Source: Saccostrea echinata (taxonomy: Eukaryota). Taken from it: DNA of 64,000 nt. Below the pieces are notes generated by a model, which saw only the letters and a program-made list of their open reading frames with translations, ran no database searches and was not told where the DNA came from. Where the stretch lies: contig NW_026889771.1 of NCBI RefSeq assembly GCF_033153115.1, positions 9,610,001-9,674,000 of the forward strand, in the 5' to 3' direction. Both the position numbers and the translations under genes were made by a program. Position 1 is the stretch's first letter, and each line of letters starts with the position of its first letter. This document shows positions 26,933-39,670 of the stretch, one piece after another.

Positions 26933-28674
26933 CATGCATAAATTTTATCTTGAAAATAAAAAAATCCACAAATTTATTGAAATTTGATCCTTAAAAAAAT
27001 TCTGATCACGGAATATATGCAAAATTCTTTGGTTGCGATACTTAATCATAGGTTATAAATATATTCACTATTGGTAAAGTATTGTACAAAATAATGGAAT
27101 TGTAAGTTCACTTGAAAATGAGAGAAAGAAAAGTATTTTAAAAGATTGAGAAATTTTTGGTGAGTTAGAGGACGATAAGAAACCTTATTATTGTAACTAC
27201 TTCACAAACATTTTCTTAGCTAAAATAGAATGTTTGTGAATTAGTTACAATGTGGAACGTCACAAGCATGGATTCTGACAGTTCACACTCTTCAGAGAGA
27301 GACAGAGAGCGAACGAGGGAGAGATCAGCGGTTGATCAATTTTGACAGACAAAAAATTATTCTCTGAATTCCCCAAACTCTTTATTGCAGTGTAAATAAC
27401 CACATGTATATTCCAAAACGCCAATATACATTCACAAAAAATAGAAAAAGATAAGAAATTAAAATCTCCTTATTGTTTTGCACTTCTCTAATACAAGTTA
27501 CAATTTCAGATAGCGAGAAGTTTCAAATGATGCAGGCTTTAAAATCATTGCGTTAATATTCTATGATTTTGTTAATCGTCATGTGATAAATCTCGTGTTT
27601 CGTTTGTTTGTTTGTTGTTTAACGTCCCTCCTGAGAATTTTTCACTCATGTTTCGTAAAATATTCCAATAAGCATTGAACTGTGATTGTGCGTCAAGCAA
27701 TAAATTGAAGGCTACATATTTATACATACAGGACCAACCTCCACACAACTAGCATCGACCTGCTTTCAATTAACGCATTACTTGAGGATGATTTCATGAT
27801 TAATTCATTATTTTAATGTTTAAGTCTGTAATTTATTAATAACCGATGACAGAAATCTACCCACAAACAATATGATCTCCGTCATAATATAAATATCCCT
27901 GTCGTGTCAATGATTGATGATTTCAAAAAAAAAAGCACTAGGAATAACTTGACATTCTGAAATGCTGATATTTTGTTGTATGTTAAAGATTACATTTGAC
28001 TACTACGTTAATTCCGAGATCTTTTTTTTTATTGTTAGGTCTAATATTTCATTACATTTGCATAAGGTCTGGATACCAGCTTTTTGTTCATTATTAATGA
28101 AGAATAACATTTAATACATGTATATATACATGTATGTATATTTTCATCAGATGCATTTTTGTTACTCAGGAAAATTATTTTAGCCTTGGCCAATCAAAAT
28201 AAGCTCTAGGAAAGTTTCAGGTAGCATGTTGAACTGAGTGAATTTTTATTTTATACATGTATATTGGCATCGGATAATTTTATATATATAACTACATACT
28301 TGAATATACATTGTACACATTGTACATATTTGTAGATCTTGAAACGTAACAACAGATACTTTGAGAGTGCGATCTAACATCTATTTTCAATTATTTTGTA
28401 ATAAATGGAGACATCATTTTTGGATTGGAAATGCCTGATATATTGTATTATGATAATTGAAGCCTTTTTACAGGAATTGTTTAAACGAGTGAGATGCTAC
28501 TTTAGTGCAATATAATCTCAATAAAAAGTTAAAAACATGAATATAATGATTAAGAATTAAACCTTCTTTGATTATACACCTGCAAGGTAGTATTTGATAA
28601 ATATGAAATCACTTCTTTTATTATTTATTTTAAAATGGCGTGCAAAAATATTTAACAAGGTTTGATTATGATAT

Positions 28675-29598
28675 CTTAAGTCTTAAACTTTTTTTGTCAA
28701 GTATATTTTTAGTTTCTTCACACATAGCTTAATTAAAAATCAAAACAAAAAATGGGAATCAATATTCTTCTTTTGGCGCTACAGCACATTTAATATGACA
28801 TTTTTTGCACTGAAATTTGTGTCTTAATCAAAAATCACACCTTCGATGTTTTCCCTCCAATATTTTTATCCAAATAAATCATGGGACAAAATAAACTTTA
28901 AGTCTATTTAAAAAAAGACACATAAAAATGTGACTAAGAAAAAGTTTCAAATTGCTTCGCATAATCAATTATTTGACCTTTCTGCACTCACAAAATGTGA
29001 TTTTTCTGGCTTTAAAAATTTAACAAGCAAGAAAATTATTTTAAAGTCTTAAACTTTTGCTGAATTTAAGCAGATTGATCAAAGTTATCTTATATGTTCA
29101 GGAAAGAAAAACAAAAAAGGGGGACTATGATGTAAATTTTTAGATATTACTAAAAAAAAGTGTTAATTTTAAGTTAAAATTGGCTAAATTTTTTCCTGGA
29201 CTTTCAGAATATATTTACTATATTTGTCACAATATAATGAAAGAATTCATAGAAAATAATTTAATAGATAATTCAGAACCAGTATAAAACATTTCACTGC
29301 AAAAAAAGTTCTGTGTGCAACCAGCATGGAAAAATAGGAATCTAGACTTAACAGTGCTGTATATATTTCAAAAGGGAAAATTGATCATTTTCTTCTTTAA
29401 AAAAACCTTCCGCCACAAAATATAGTTCCTGGCTTAATCCTATTTGGATGGAATTTAATTGCGGTTTTTTTCATTGGATATAGTTTTATTTACATTGTAG
29501 AATCCAGATTTAATGTTAGAACTTAAAAATGATGCAGAATTTTTGAAATAAAGGTCCAGACCAAAATCTGCTCAAAAGCTCAGGATCGAACCTCCTTA
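28675..29598 (-). mobile_element. TTAA-flanked non-autonomous DNA transposon (Kolobok-like), same family as 37478-38408 in the opposite orientation
   Basis: Ends CTCAAAAGCTCAGGATCGAACCTCCTTAA. Internal blocks are reverse complements of 37480-38370. Confidence 0.7.
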
Positions 29599-30499
29599 AG
29601 GAACATTTGCACTGAAATGCATCAAGAATACTAACCCAAGCTATAAAAAAGGATACTGTACGTACATAATTATAGAGTAATACGACAAGGTTTTTTGAGC
29701 ATATGTATCTTTAACTTGACCATTGTGATTTAATCAAAACGATCGAAGAATTTAAAATGACTTTGAAATATGCTATGCATCGGAGAATTGATATTTTACC
29801 AGTATTTCGTTTTGTTTTTACCCATTTAAAGAAAGTAATATGTTTACAATGTAATAGACTACAGAAAACCGTTATAATAAAAAACTTACTTTTAATCATT
29901 TTAATACCAGTCGCAAATATAAAATGCCTCAGCAAAGGGTTTTAAATCTACATAATTTAACGAATCAAATGCATTCTAAACTAACCAACAAAGGTTCATC
30001 AAATTGATTCTGGTAGAAGCTCCCGTAAAACTGAGCTCTGTGCAAAATGTTTCACTTTGTCGCTATAACATCCAAGATACCAAATTGTAGATTTAAGCGA
30101 CGACTGTAACAGACTCTGCTAGGAGAATCATTAAATTTTTGAAAGAAATTTAAGCTTATAACTTACGATTCAGCATGTATCAAGGTTTAAAGATTGAAAA
30201 TTATATAAAAGTCTTTATGCTATTTATATAAAAAAGATTAAAGACTTCAAGCCTGAAGTCAAATACACAATTATATGTACAATCCCTGCTTTCTATGTTG
30301 TTGAGTGAGAGTTAAAATCTCAATTCAACCAAGGGTAGGCCATGGGGAAAATGTCAATTAAACAACTGCAGGGTGATATGAGCTTTCAAAAGTCTGTTTA
30401 GCCCGGCGGTGATTTGTGCACTGAATTCCATTACGGTACCACTGGAACTATTTTTTTTTTTTTATAAGGGTTAACAGCTTCTTTCAATATCATGTTTAT

Positions 30500-32340
30500 T
30501 TAATGAAATACAAGAGTAAGAGGTCCATTAATGGTGTCATCAAAGGTATCGTGTTCCGTGCGACAACATATATCAATTCTGCTGTATCCCTTGCCATAAA
30601 AAGCAGGACCTGTGTCCACAACCTAAAGAAAAAATAATTCGTTATTTTTAAAATGCAAAATAATTATACATTAGGACACTGTTTTGAATATTGAGTTTTG
30701 TTTGAAAATTAAAAGAAATATACAAGGAAAGAAGAATAATTATTCAGATTTTGAAATAAAAATTGATAAACGGAGTTGTATACTTTCGTGATAAACTTCG
30801 GTAATGTAAAATCAATCAATGAAGCATCAGTTTAGCATGACATGAACAAAGACATTTTGGTGGCCTGGATCTTCAATTTGATATTTGCAAAGCCTCAAGC
30901 CTGAACATTCAAAGTATTATTACCGATATACAACTAAGCCTCAAAGGGAAAAGGGAATTTGATATTTTTTCTCGACACAGAATGAAAAAAGCAAAGTTAC
31001 ATTATGAATGAAATATGTGGGTGGAGATAACGAACACTATTCGAGCTCAAAAGTCCATTAAACATTACAAAATAAGAGCAGAGCAAACACGGACCTCTAA
31101 GACATAAGAGGTAGGATCAATGTCATTAATTGGTAGTAAATAGAACGTTAGTGACATTGTCATGCTGCTTATGTATTTTCAAACTAAGTTGAATTGTACA
31201 TACAATGAAGTCAATGAATCTGTGGTACTTCCGGTTCAATTCTGGAATACAAACATGGGTTCCATAGGGAATTCCGGCATGGTTATCCATAGCAACACTC
31301 ACATGATGAACTCGTCCCTCAAGATAATCCTTACATAAGCAAATTAGACGCTTAGAAGATAATTATCTTGNNNNNNNNNNNNNNNNNNNNNNNNNNNNNN
31401 NNNNNNNNNNNNNNNNNNNNNNNNNNNNNNNNNNNNNNNNNNNNNNNNNNNNNNNNNNNNNNNNNNNNNNNNNNNNNNNNNNNNNNNNNNNNNNNNNNNN
31501 NNNNNNAGTCTTTTTATGACTGTTTAAATACCTGCGTTTAAATACCTGTAGTGTTTGTAACTTGTGATCACGCATATCCACAAATCCCCCTTCAATGGGA
31601 TCGTCGGCTGGGTAGTACCCCGTTCCCCGGGCATGATGACGGTGATGGCCGTGCGTGCATTCTATGTTGTTTATTGCACCTGTGTGATAATAGATTACCA
31701 TTTGTGTTTAAAAGCTTTATTAAAAGAAAGATGGAAAATGTTTCACAATTCTATTTTGTACACTGAATCTTTTAGCAGTTTTAAAAGGCGCTTTTATCCA
31801 ATGTTGGTCTGTCTTAAATTTTAGATTTCAGTTGATAACGTATATAAACCCTTTGTAAGGTTACGAATTAGCTCTCATTTCAATATCAATACATATGTAC
31901 ATTTCGTTGGTCCTATAATTGGAATATTCTTCTACATATATGATAAATCTAAATGAAATAGCTCTGACTCTTTGACTTTGTTTTATTTTTCTAGATATAA
32001 ACAAATATATACATTTAACTAACCACAAAGAATCCCTTATTCTGCAGAAAACGTTGAAAATTATATTTATTATGATTTTAGATCTAGTCTAAGGTACATG
32101 TATTTTGATTTCAATTTTGTACAAAAAAAAAACAACATCCTTAAAATAAAGAATATGACAATGTGCGTGTCATTATACACAATCTTTTTATAACAGAATA
32201 AAAGTCTTGAAATACATTATACACAATCTTTTTATAACAGAATAAAAGTCTTGAAATACATTTTACAATATTACAAAAGTATACATTGTACCTGAAGACA
32301 AACCAAATAGAAACACTAGCACAGTCACAACACGGTACAT
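30500..32340 (-). CDS. Secreted 143-aa 3D-domain (MltA/DPBB-like) protein, copy 1
   Basis: Exons 32292-32340, 31546-31679, 31204-31329, 30500-30622 give MYRVVTVLVFLFGLSSGAINNIECTHGHHRHHARGTGYYPADDPIEGGFVDMRDHKLQTLQDYLEGRVHHVSVAMDNHAGIPYGTHVCIPELNRKYHRFIDFIVVDTGPAFYGKGYSRIDICCRTEHDTFDDTINGPLTLVFH*. Signal peptide, VAMD/DTG/RID three-Asp signature, and AATAAA overlapping the stop. Confidence 0.88.
31371..31506. other. Assembly gap (N run) inside intron 2 of 3D-domain gene copy 1
   Basis: 136 N bases. Confidence 0.99.
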
Positions 32341-32394
32341 GCTTCTTGTCGTCCTACCGCTCTAGAAGGTAAGTAGTTAATGCCGTCTTATCAA

Positions 32395-33345
32395 TGTAAA
32401 TGGTGAAGATAACGAACAGTGATCGATCTGATAAATCCAGTAAAGAAAACAAATCGTGAATAAGGCAAAATCACGGATTTTTAAAAACACCAGAGGTGGG
32501 ATCAGGTGCCTAGGAGGAGTAAGGATACCTCAACCGGTCACACCTACCCTGGGCCCTATTTATTGATCAGGTAGTAATTCGTAGTCAAATTGAGTTTAAA
32601 AGCAATGACTTAACATGAAAACAATGACATTGAAGTTACAATTGGTATGCAACATGTCAGACAAAATATGACCTAACGATAGGCTGTATTTGCAAACACG
32701 GTCATTGTATAGACCGTTTGTATGTTTGTTTAGTTGTTTAACGTCCCTTCGAGAATTTGTTACTGATACCGAGATACCGCTACTTGCCCGGAGGGCTGCA
32801 AATTTAGACTTGTACTCGGCAATAACAACCTTTAAACAATGATGGATCTTTTTTGTGACAGCACCTACTGCTGTTTATAGGCCTCATCCGAAGAATCGGT
32901 CTTACAATGAATTCGAACCCGCGATGTAAGGATCAACTCCTTACGCCTCAACTCTAGAGCAAACGCTCTAACCACAGCGCAATGCGGGCGACTATAACGA
33001 CCGTAGAATATGCAAAAAGCTGACTTTAAACACGGTCATTATAACGACCTTAGAATTTGCAAAAAGCTGACTTTAAACGAGGTTGTTGAAATATTTGTAA
33101 CATCAATCATTTGTCAGTAGCTTGCCTCGGTTTAAACATTGATCGTACTCAGAGCATATTCTTGCGTATCGATTTAGTTGGAAAATATAAACATCATATG
33201 CAGGTATATAGTTTAGAAATAAGTTGGCCATTATCGTCTAAAGTCAGTAAAACATCCAAATACGACAAAAATGAAGCAGGCCCTTGGTGTCTTTTCTGTT
33301 GAGTTTACTGGGATATCGATTCGACAAATTAGTGAATCAGGTTCA
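32395..33345 (-). mobile_element. Penelope-like 3' fragment containing a nested SINE
   Basis: GGTGAAGATAACGAACAGTGATC...GGTGGGATCAGGTGCCTAGGAGGAGT terminal module, plus degenerate RT C-terminal sequence. Confidence 0.65.
32718..32992 (-). mobile_element. tRNA-derived V-type SINE, second copy
   Basis: Reverse-complement homologue of 18543-18822: CGCCCGCATTGCGCTGTGGTTAGAGCG head, GGTTCGAAT box B, GGGACGTTAAACAAC tail. Confidence 0.8.
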
Positions 33346-34075
33346 ATCTAAATTTTATCATATCTAATATCAGTAGCACTTGCTTTTAATATGAGATAGC
33401 TGACCGTTTTGGGACTGAGAGTTGATTTCAGTTAAAAATTTAATAATGCACTAAAGAAAGAAAGTCCATTAGTGCCAACTTATATGTAATGGTTATAAGC
33501 CTCAAACTGCCTATGATGTCTGATATTAGACGGTTCGAGGCGCGTTAGCGGAAAGAACATTATGTAGTAAATTAAAATGTTAAACATGGATACAAATAAA
33601 GTAGTAAATGTATATGAAGCAAAACCAACCAAATTGGCATATTGCAGAGTATTGATACATGTAATCAAATACATGACGAATTTCAACATTTTTGAAAATT
33701 AATAATTTTTTTTAGTTATTTTATGAAAGCCTTTCTGCAAGACAAGAGATACTAGAGCTCACCTTTTTAAACAGAGTAAACATTATTGGTTAGGTATCAT
33801 GTAAATGGCTTCATTCCATATTTTTCGATCATGCAATGCAAATGAATCTTAAATTTTATTTTATCTGGGAACAAAATCTTTGCAATTAATTAAGCAATGA
33901 CAAACTTTATACACACAAAAATATTTCATAGCAACAATGAGAAACTTTATTTTCAACCGGGACTACCAACATTTCTGTTTACTTAACTGCATTTTATAAT
34001 ACAAACAAAATAATCAATTCAAGTCAAATGTACATATAGTTGAATTCCCATTTATATTTTTGTTAACGCTGCATT

Positions 34076-35311
34076 CTATGTTTTATACGTAACATAGAAA
34101 ATAAAAACGATGACGGGAAACATGGTGGAACAAAGGAAAATTAATAAAAACAGTTTGTCCAAGGCATACGCAACCTCTTTCCACGTGACTTTTTCATCTA
34201 CAACCTCTTCACACGATTTGCAACAATCTTCAGCGGGTTTTATTCTGATGGTGATGGCAGAGGATGACATTTTTCCATGTGATTTTTGTCCCATGAATCT
34301 CACAAAAGCAACAATGCAAGATGACAAGACGTCATATGACCTATGGTATATATTTATTACGAGGACATTACAAATTAAGATCATGGTGCTGTTTGCAAGT
34401 TGAAATGCAAATATGATACTGAGGATGGAAAGGGGGTTTGACTGTTGCGGGACCTTCTCAGTTAGGATAGTAATAAATACGGCAAATGACAAGAAACTGG
34501 TGATCGAGAACGATATTCTCTCCCCTGATTTTACCGGAAGTAGAAAGACGAGCATATTTATTGATAAAAGGAAAAGAACCGGTAAAAATAGGTTGACAAT
34601 TAGGAAGGAGGATTTTCTTTTCATCTCCAGCTTGATTTCCATCGTTTTGTCAGTCACGATGGTGTCTAGAATGGATATGCTCCATTGTCCATTCTCTGTA
34701 AATGTATGCATTGCCTCTGCTGGTTTCGCGAGTTGCAGTTGAACTTCATAACTCTCATAGTTGAGAACAGCCAAGGTCAATGAACAGTGATGTATATCAA
34801 AGGGATAATACGTCACATCCGGTTCACACATGATTTTGATCATCCCTGAATTCTGTAAATCCATTAATCCGTGATTTGAAGCGGGTACAGTAAATCCTGC
34901 TATCTCAATCTCCATGAACTCCTCACTTTCTGCCGGATTTCGAACACCGATGTTGGGGACCCAGATATCGTCAATTGGAAGTCTAGTGACTGTTGCATTA
35001 CCATATTCATTCGGATTCCAACGGATAGACTCGTCTACCCAGGATAGATTAAGTCCACCATTGAAAGCAAAAAGACCGCTAACTTCATTGTAATTTTGTA
35101 TTGTGTGAAATTTGAAAGAAATATTGACAGTCAGTGGCAAGTCTTGGTCTGATATTGGCCTTAAGGTCTTTTTATATCCATCTAACATTTTGTTTTGAAG
35201 TGTTTTTTGGTGTTGGAGAGTCGAAAACTTTGGAGTAACAGCACCAAGCACAATGCATTGTGATGAATAAACAATTCCCAAAACCATAAACCAGATTTCG
35301 ATCCAGCGCAT
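34076..35311 (-). CDS. Intronless Cys-loop ligand-gated ion channel, nAChR-like non-alpha subunit (411 aa)
   Basis: Signal peptide, LRP motif, WVDESIRWNPNEY, IWVPNI, Cys-loop CEPDVTYYPFDIHHC, four TM segments with cation-type SGERISFSIT before M2, and VTWKEVAYALDKLF before M4. Confidence 0.93.
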   Translation of the reverse strand: MRWIEIWFMVLGIVYSSQCIVLGAVTPKFSTLQHQKTLQNKMLDGYKKTLRPISDQDLPLTVNISFKFHTIQNYNEVSGLFAFNGGLNLSWVDESIRWNPNEYGNATVTRLPIDDIWVPNIGVRNPAESEEFMEIEIAGFTVPASNHGLMDLQNSGMIKIMCEPDVTYYPFDIHHCSLTLAVLNYESYEVQLQLAKPAEAMHTFTENGQWSISILDTIVTDKTMEIKLEMKRKSSFLIVNLFLPVLFLLSINMLVFLLPVKSGERISFSITSFLSFAVFITILTEKVPQQSNPLSILSIIFAFQLANSTMILICNVLVINIYHRSYDVLSSCIVAFVRFMGQKSHGKMSSSAITIRIKPAEDCCKSCEEVVDEKVTWKEVAYALDKLFLLIFLCSTMFPVIVFIFYVTYKT

Positions 35312-35998
35312 TGTTCTATTAGTTTCTAAATGTCATTTCCAAATACAATATCTATAAGTAAAACTAAAGAATGATTTTGATCTTTGAAGTACTCCTGAAT
35401 GTCATCATAGTCTGATCACTTCCATATGTTGCTGGCTTTTAAAATCAGTGTTAATATTTAATGAGTTTGTTAATCATTCTACAAGTCATATACTCTTGTT
35501 TTGTCAATTTTCCCAATAGGCATTGTGATTGTGCGTCACACAAGAAATAGGCTATCTATTATACAACTTAATCAACCTTCACGCAAACACAGCCTCTGTT
35601 TTTAATTAACACATCGCTCTAGGGTGATTTCCTTGTTAATTGATTGAAATATTTTAGGGTGCAAGTCTGTAATTCATCCTAATTGATGCCTGTGATCTCC
35701 CTTTTAAACTAAATAATCCTGTCATTGTCAATATGATAAAGGGCACTAGGGATCACATGTAATTTCGAAATGTTTAATGTAATTTGGTGTTGCATAATGC
35801 AAGATTGCTCTGATCGAATTACTTTGTGAATTCAGACAATTTTATTGGTTGTAGTACTACTAGATCTGCATAAAGTCTTCAAATCGCCGATTTTTTCATT
35901 ATTCATGAAAAAAATAAACACATTTAATTTTTGTTAGATGAATAGGCATTTGGCGTAATTCACGAAAATTAGATAAGCCTCGGCCTTTGGTCATGGTT

Positions 35999-37244
35999 CT
36001 TCTTCTTCCAGTAAGGAGTTAACCTCTTATTCAGAGTGATAATAACTCTGGCTTGGTTAAAACAGGAGGCTTCTTCTTTTAAAAACAGTTCTGGTTCTTC
36101 TGTCCCCAGGTGTGTAATATTTGTCTCGATTAATGTCCACAAGGTGGTTCCTGATTTTGTAGCACAGAATAAGTCGATGTAATGTTCTCCTATGTTGGAG
36201 TGAGTTCCACTCTAGTTGATCCAGTAATGATGTTATAGACCCAGGGGAGGTGTCCGAGTACTGGTTGAAGACGAACCTGGCTGCTCTACGCTGTACCTGC
36301 TCCAAATCCTTTGTTAAGTTGGCCTGATAAGGATTCCACACTGATGACGCATATTCGATGGATGGTCTGATCAAAGTACAGTACGCTGTTGCCTTAACTG
36401 TTGATGTACAATGACCCATGTTTCGTTTCAGGAAGCCCAAGGCTCTTGTAGCTTTCCCTATATTGGTGTAGATGTGTTTGGTCCATTGTAGGTCTTGGGA
36501 GATGGTAACACCAAGATACTTCCCACTCTCCATCACTTCCAGCTGATGTCCATGCAAGGTGTATGATGTTTGCAGAGGCTGCCGTTTGTTGGAGATCCTA
36601 ATAACTGTGCACTTTTCGGGGTGGAAGCACATCTGTCACTTCTTTTCCCATCCCTCTAAGGCAGTGAGATCTTCTGTAACTTGACTGCATCTCTCTGATT
36701 TCGGATCTGACGATAGATGAGGCAATCATCTGCAAACACTCTGGCGTCTGAATTGGTGCACTCAGGTAAGTCGTTAATGTAGGTCAGGAATAGGAGCGGT
36801 CCCAGGACAGTTCCTTGTGGTACTCCCGAAAGGACATCCAGAGGTGAAGATGTATGACCATCCAGAACCACTGATTGGGTTCTACAACTTAGGAAGTCCT
36901 TAATCCAGCCTAGGGTGGTACCTGACACTCCGTAGTGCTCCAACTTCAGTAGTAGATGTTGGTGAGGGACTTTATCAAAAGCTTTTGAAAAGTCCACTAG
37001 TATAATGTCTGTCTGTTGCCCCTGGTCCATATTCCTGGCTATCTGGTCCAGTGTTATGACAAGCTGTGTCTCACATGATCGGCGGGCTCGGAAGCAATGT
37101 TGCTCATCACAGAGGATGTTGTTTCGATCAAAGTGGTCCATAACTGTGCTGTGTACAACATGTTCCAGGAGCTTGCAGGCTATTGATGTAAGGGAGACAG
37201 GCCTGTAGTTTGATGGTTGATGTTTCTCCCCTTTCTTGTATATA
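35999..37244 (-). mobile_element. 5'-truncated non-LTR retrotransposon (LINE, CR1/L2-like clade), frameshifted RT
   Basis: Motifs PIYKKG...NYRPVSLTS, DFSKAFDKVPH, GVPQGTVLGPLLF, FADD and KYLGVTI. (GAA)n 3' tail, flanked by GGTT (35995-98, 37245-48). The empty site is visible at ~21335. Confidence 0.9.
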
Positions 37245-37477
37245 GGTTAATAGATAAAAAGTTCAGACAAGTTTTGGGTAGCATTGAATGTAACTGATGA
37301 GTGGGATTATTCTATATAGTGACATCGGAAGCCTGTACAGCAAAATGCAAGAACATATAAGCACAAATCTTGAAATTCACCAATAGGTTCTTTGAGAAAG
37401 AATGGGAGTGTATCCGCACGATTGGTGGAATTTCAAATGTCAATATAAGTTTCAAGAACAGATTTTTCTGTATGTAA

Positions 37478-38408
37478 ACGAGGTTCGCTCCTGAGCTTTT
37501 GAGCAGATTTTTGTCTTAACCTATATTTCAAAAATTCCGCATAATGTTTTAGTTCTTACAATAAATTTGGATTCTACAATGCCAATTAAACTATATTCAG
37601 TTAAAACTCCATGGTTAAATTTCATACCAAATGCATTAAGTGAGGAACTATTTTTTTTGGGGGGGGGGGGGTTGTAGAAGAAAATGATCATTTTTTTTCT
37701 TTCGAAGTATTTAAAGTATGTTAAGTTTGGATTCCTATTTTTCCATGCAGCCTGCACAGAGTTATTCTGTGCCGTGAACTGTTTTATGCTGGTCCTAAAA
37801 TATATATCAAACAAACTGTCATGAATTCTATCATCATATTTGATAACTATAGCAAATCTATTATAAAAATCTAGAAAAAATAGACCTATATTAAGCTTAA
37901 AATTAGCACTTTTAGTAATATCTAAAAATTAACATCACAGACCCCTAATTTTAATTTTCTTTTCTGAATGTATAGGAAACTTATAACCATTCTTCTTAAA
38001 ATCAGTAAAATGTCATTACTTTCAAATGATGTTATAGCTTGTTAAATTTTTAATGCCAGAAAAATGACATTTTTGAGTGCAAAAAAGTCAATAATTGAAC
38101 ATGCGAAGTAATTTGAAAAATTTTTTGTTTTCAAAATTTTTAATGTGTCTATTTAAGAAGAAATAAGACTGTTTGTTCCCATAATTTACTTGAATAAAAA
38201 ATATTGGAGGAAAAACTTTTAAAAATTGATTCATGTGCAAGACGTATTTACAGTGCAAAAAGGTCAAACTAAATGATCTGTAGCACCAAAAGACGCACAC
38301 TGACCCCCATTTTTGTTTTGATTTTTAATTAAGCTATGTGTATAAATTCTAAAAATATACTTGATAAAAAATTCTCATTACTTTTGATGGCAGGATCCAA
38401 CCTCCTTA
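37478..38408 (+). mobile_element. TTAA-flanked non-autonomous DNA transposon (Kolobok-like)
   Basis: Ends GAGGTTCGCTCCTG...CAGGATCCAACCTCCTTAA. The homologous empty site TGTTAACGGGATTATG is at 21571. Confidence 0.75.
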
Positions 38409-39299
38409 ACAGGATTATGTAAATCTCTTTATCAAGGCATGAGTGTATTTTAGAAAAAAAAAAAACCTGTATGGTGGAAGGGCATTGGGAAGCAGTTAAA
38501 ATCCAATTGGTAATGAACTCGTAATTATTCACATAACGTCTTGATATTGGGTCATATAACAACTTTGTGGCCTGGATTATCAATTTCTAGATAAACAAAC
38601 CGTTTAGGGAGAAACCGTTTATCTACAACAGCCAATATCACAGACGACAATAAATGGAAACTTCATCGTTGGACTGGAAATGCCTGATAAATTGTCCCTA
38701 TGGACTGTGCTGGGTCCAAATGTATAATAATAATTCAATACCCTTGGCAGGTATTGTACGACTGATTGGGATGCTCTCTAGTGCAAACTGGTCTCTATTT
38801 GAAAAATAGAACACGACGGAATTTTCCGTCTACCTGATCAAAATGTGTACAAAAGGCTCACGGCGGGTGTGACAGGTCAACAGGGGATGATTACTCCTGC
38901 CAGGCACCTGATCCCATTTCTGGAATTTCCCTGTTTTATGCCCTGTTCACCGATTTGTATTGTTTGTAGATTATTTGAGATCGATCAATGTTCGTTATCT
39001 TAACCTTTTTCATTGATTATATATAATTTTATATAAGTTTAAAATAATTGCTTTTCTTTAAAAAGTTCATGTAATGCATGAACTTTTTAAATCCTTTGAA
39101 AAGTGGGGAGGGGGAACAAAGTACATAACAGGCAAACACAATTATACTAGTACTATTTCTTGTACTATATCTAACACTTGATTCTTTGGCCCTTGGGAAT
39201 TAATCAAAACAAGGAAGAAGTCAAATTCACTTTGGAGTGCGCCATGCGTAGGAAAATCGGACCTTCCAGGGTTCAGTTTTGGGGATTTTTTTTACTCTA

Positions 39300-39670
39300 T
39301 GTCCGACTTATAGGCGAGTCATTATTTTGAAGGGCAACATGTAGTATTTTATAAACTTGTCCGACGATTATCGTTGAATAAAGTCTGGATATATTATATC
39401 ATTTTTGTATTCTAAAATTATGAATTACAAGTATTTACATATATTTCAATAATTTTATTTCTATTTTAAGGGTGCATTACTCATTTTTTATTGATTTAAA
39501 ATTAAATATTGGCGTCATTTCTAAAAAAAAAAAAATTACTTAAACCAGGGATTTAAAACTGTCAGCCAATTCTTGCAAAAAGTTGAACCGACTTATATGC
39601 GGGTTAATGGCAAATCACTCCAAAACAATCTAAAAATTACAACCGACTTATAGGCGAGTATATACAGTAC
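39300..39670. mobile_element. Mariner/pogo-like MITE remnant
   Basis: Repeated CCGACTTATAGGCGAGT subterminal motifs ending ...ATATACAGTA. Confidence 0.5.

Noticed and set aside
31363-31701. 112-aa ORF as annotated in the track
   Set aside because: It runs through the N gap. Only 31546-31679 is a real exon of the 3D gene.
30500-32340. Bacterial contamination as the source of the 3D domain
   Set aside because: The genes have spliceosomal introns, AATAAA signals and host TEs inside their introns.
34110-34742. Plus-strand ORFs overlapping the receptor gene
   Set aside because: Antisense shadows of the real minus-strand CDS.
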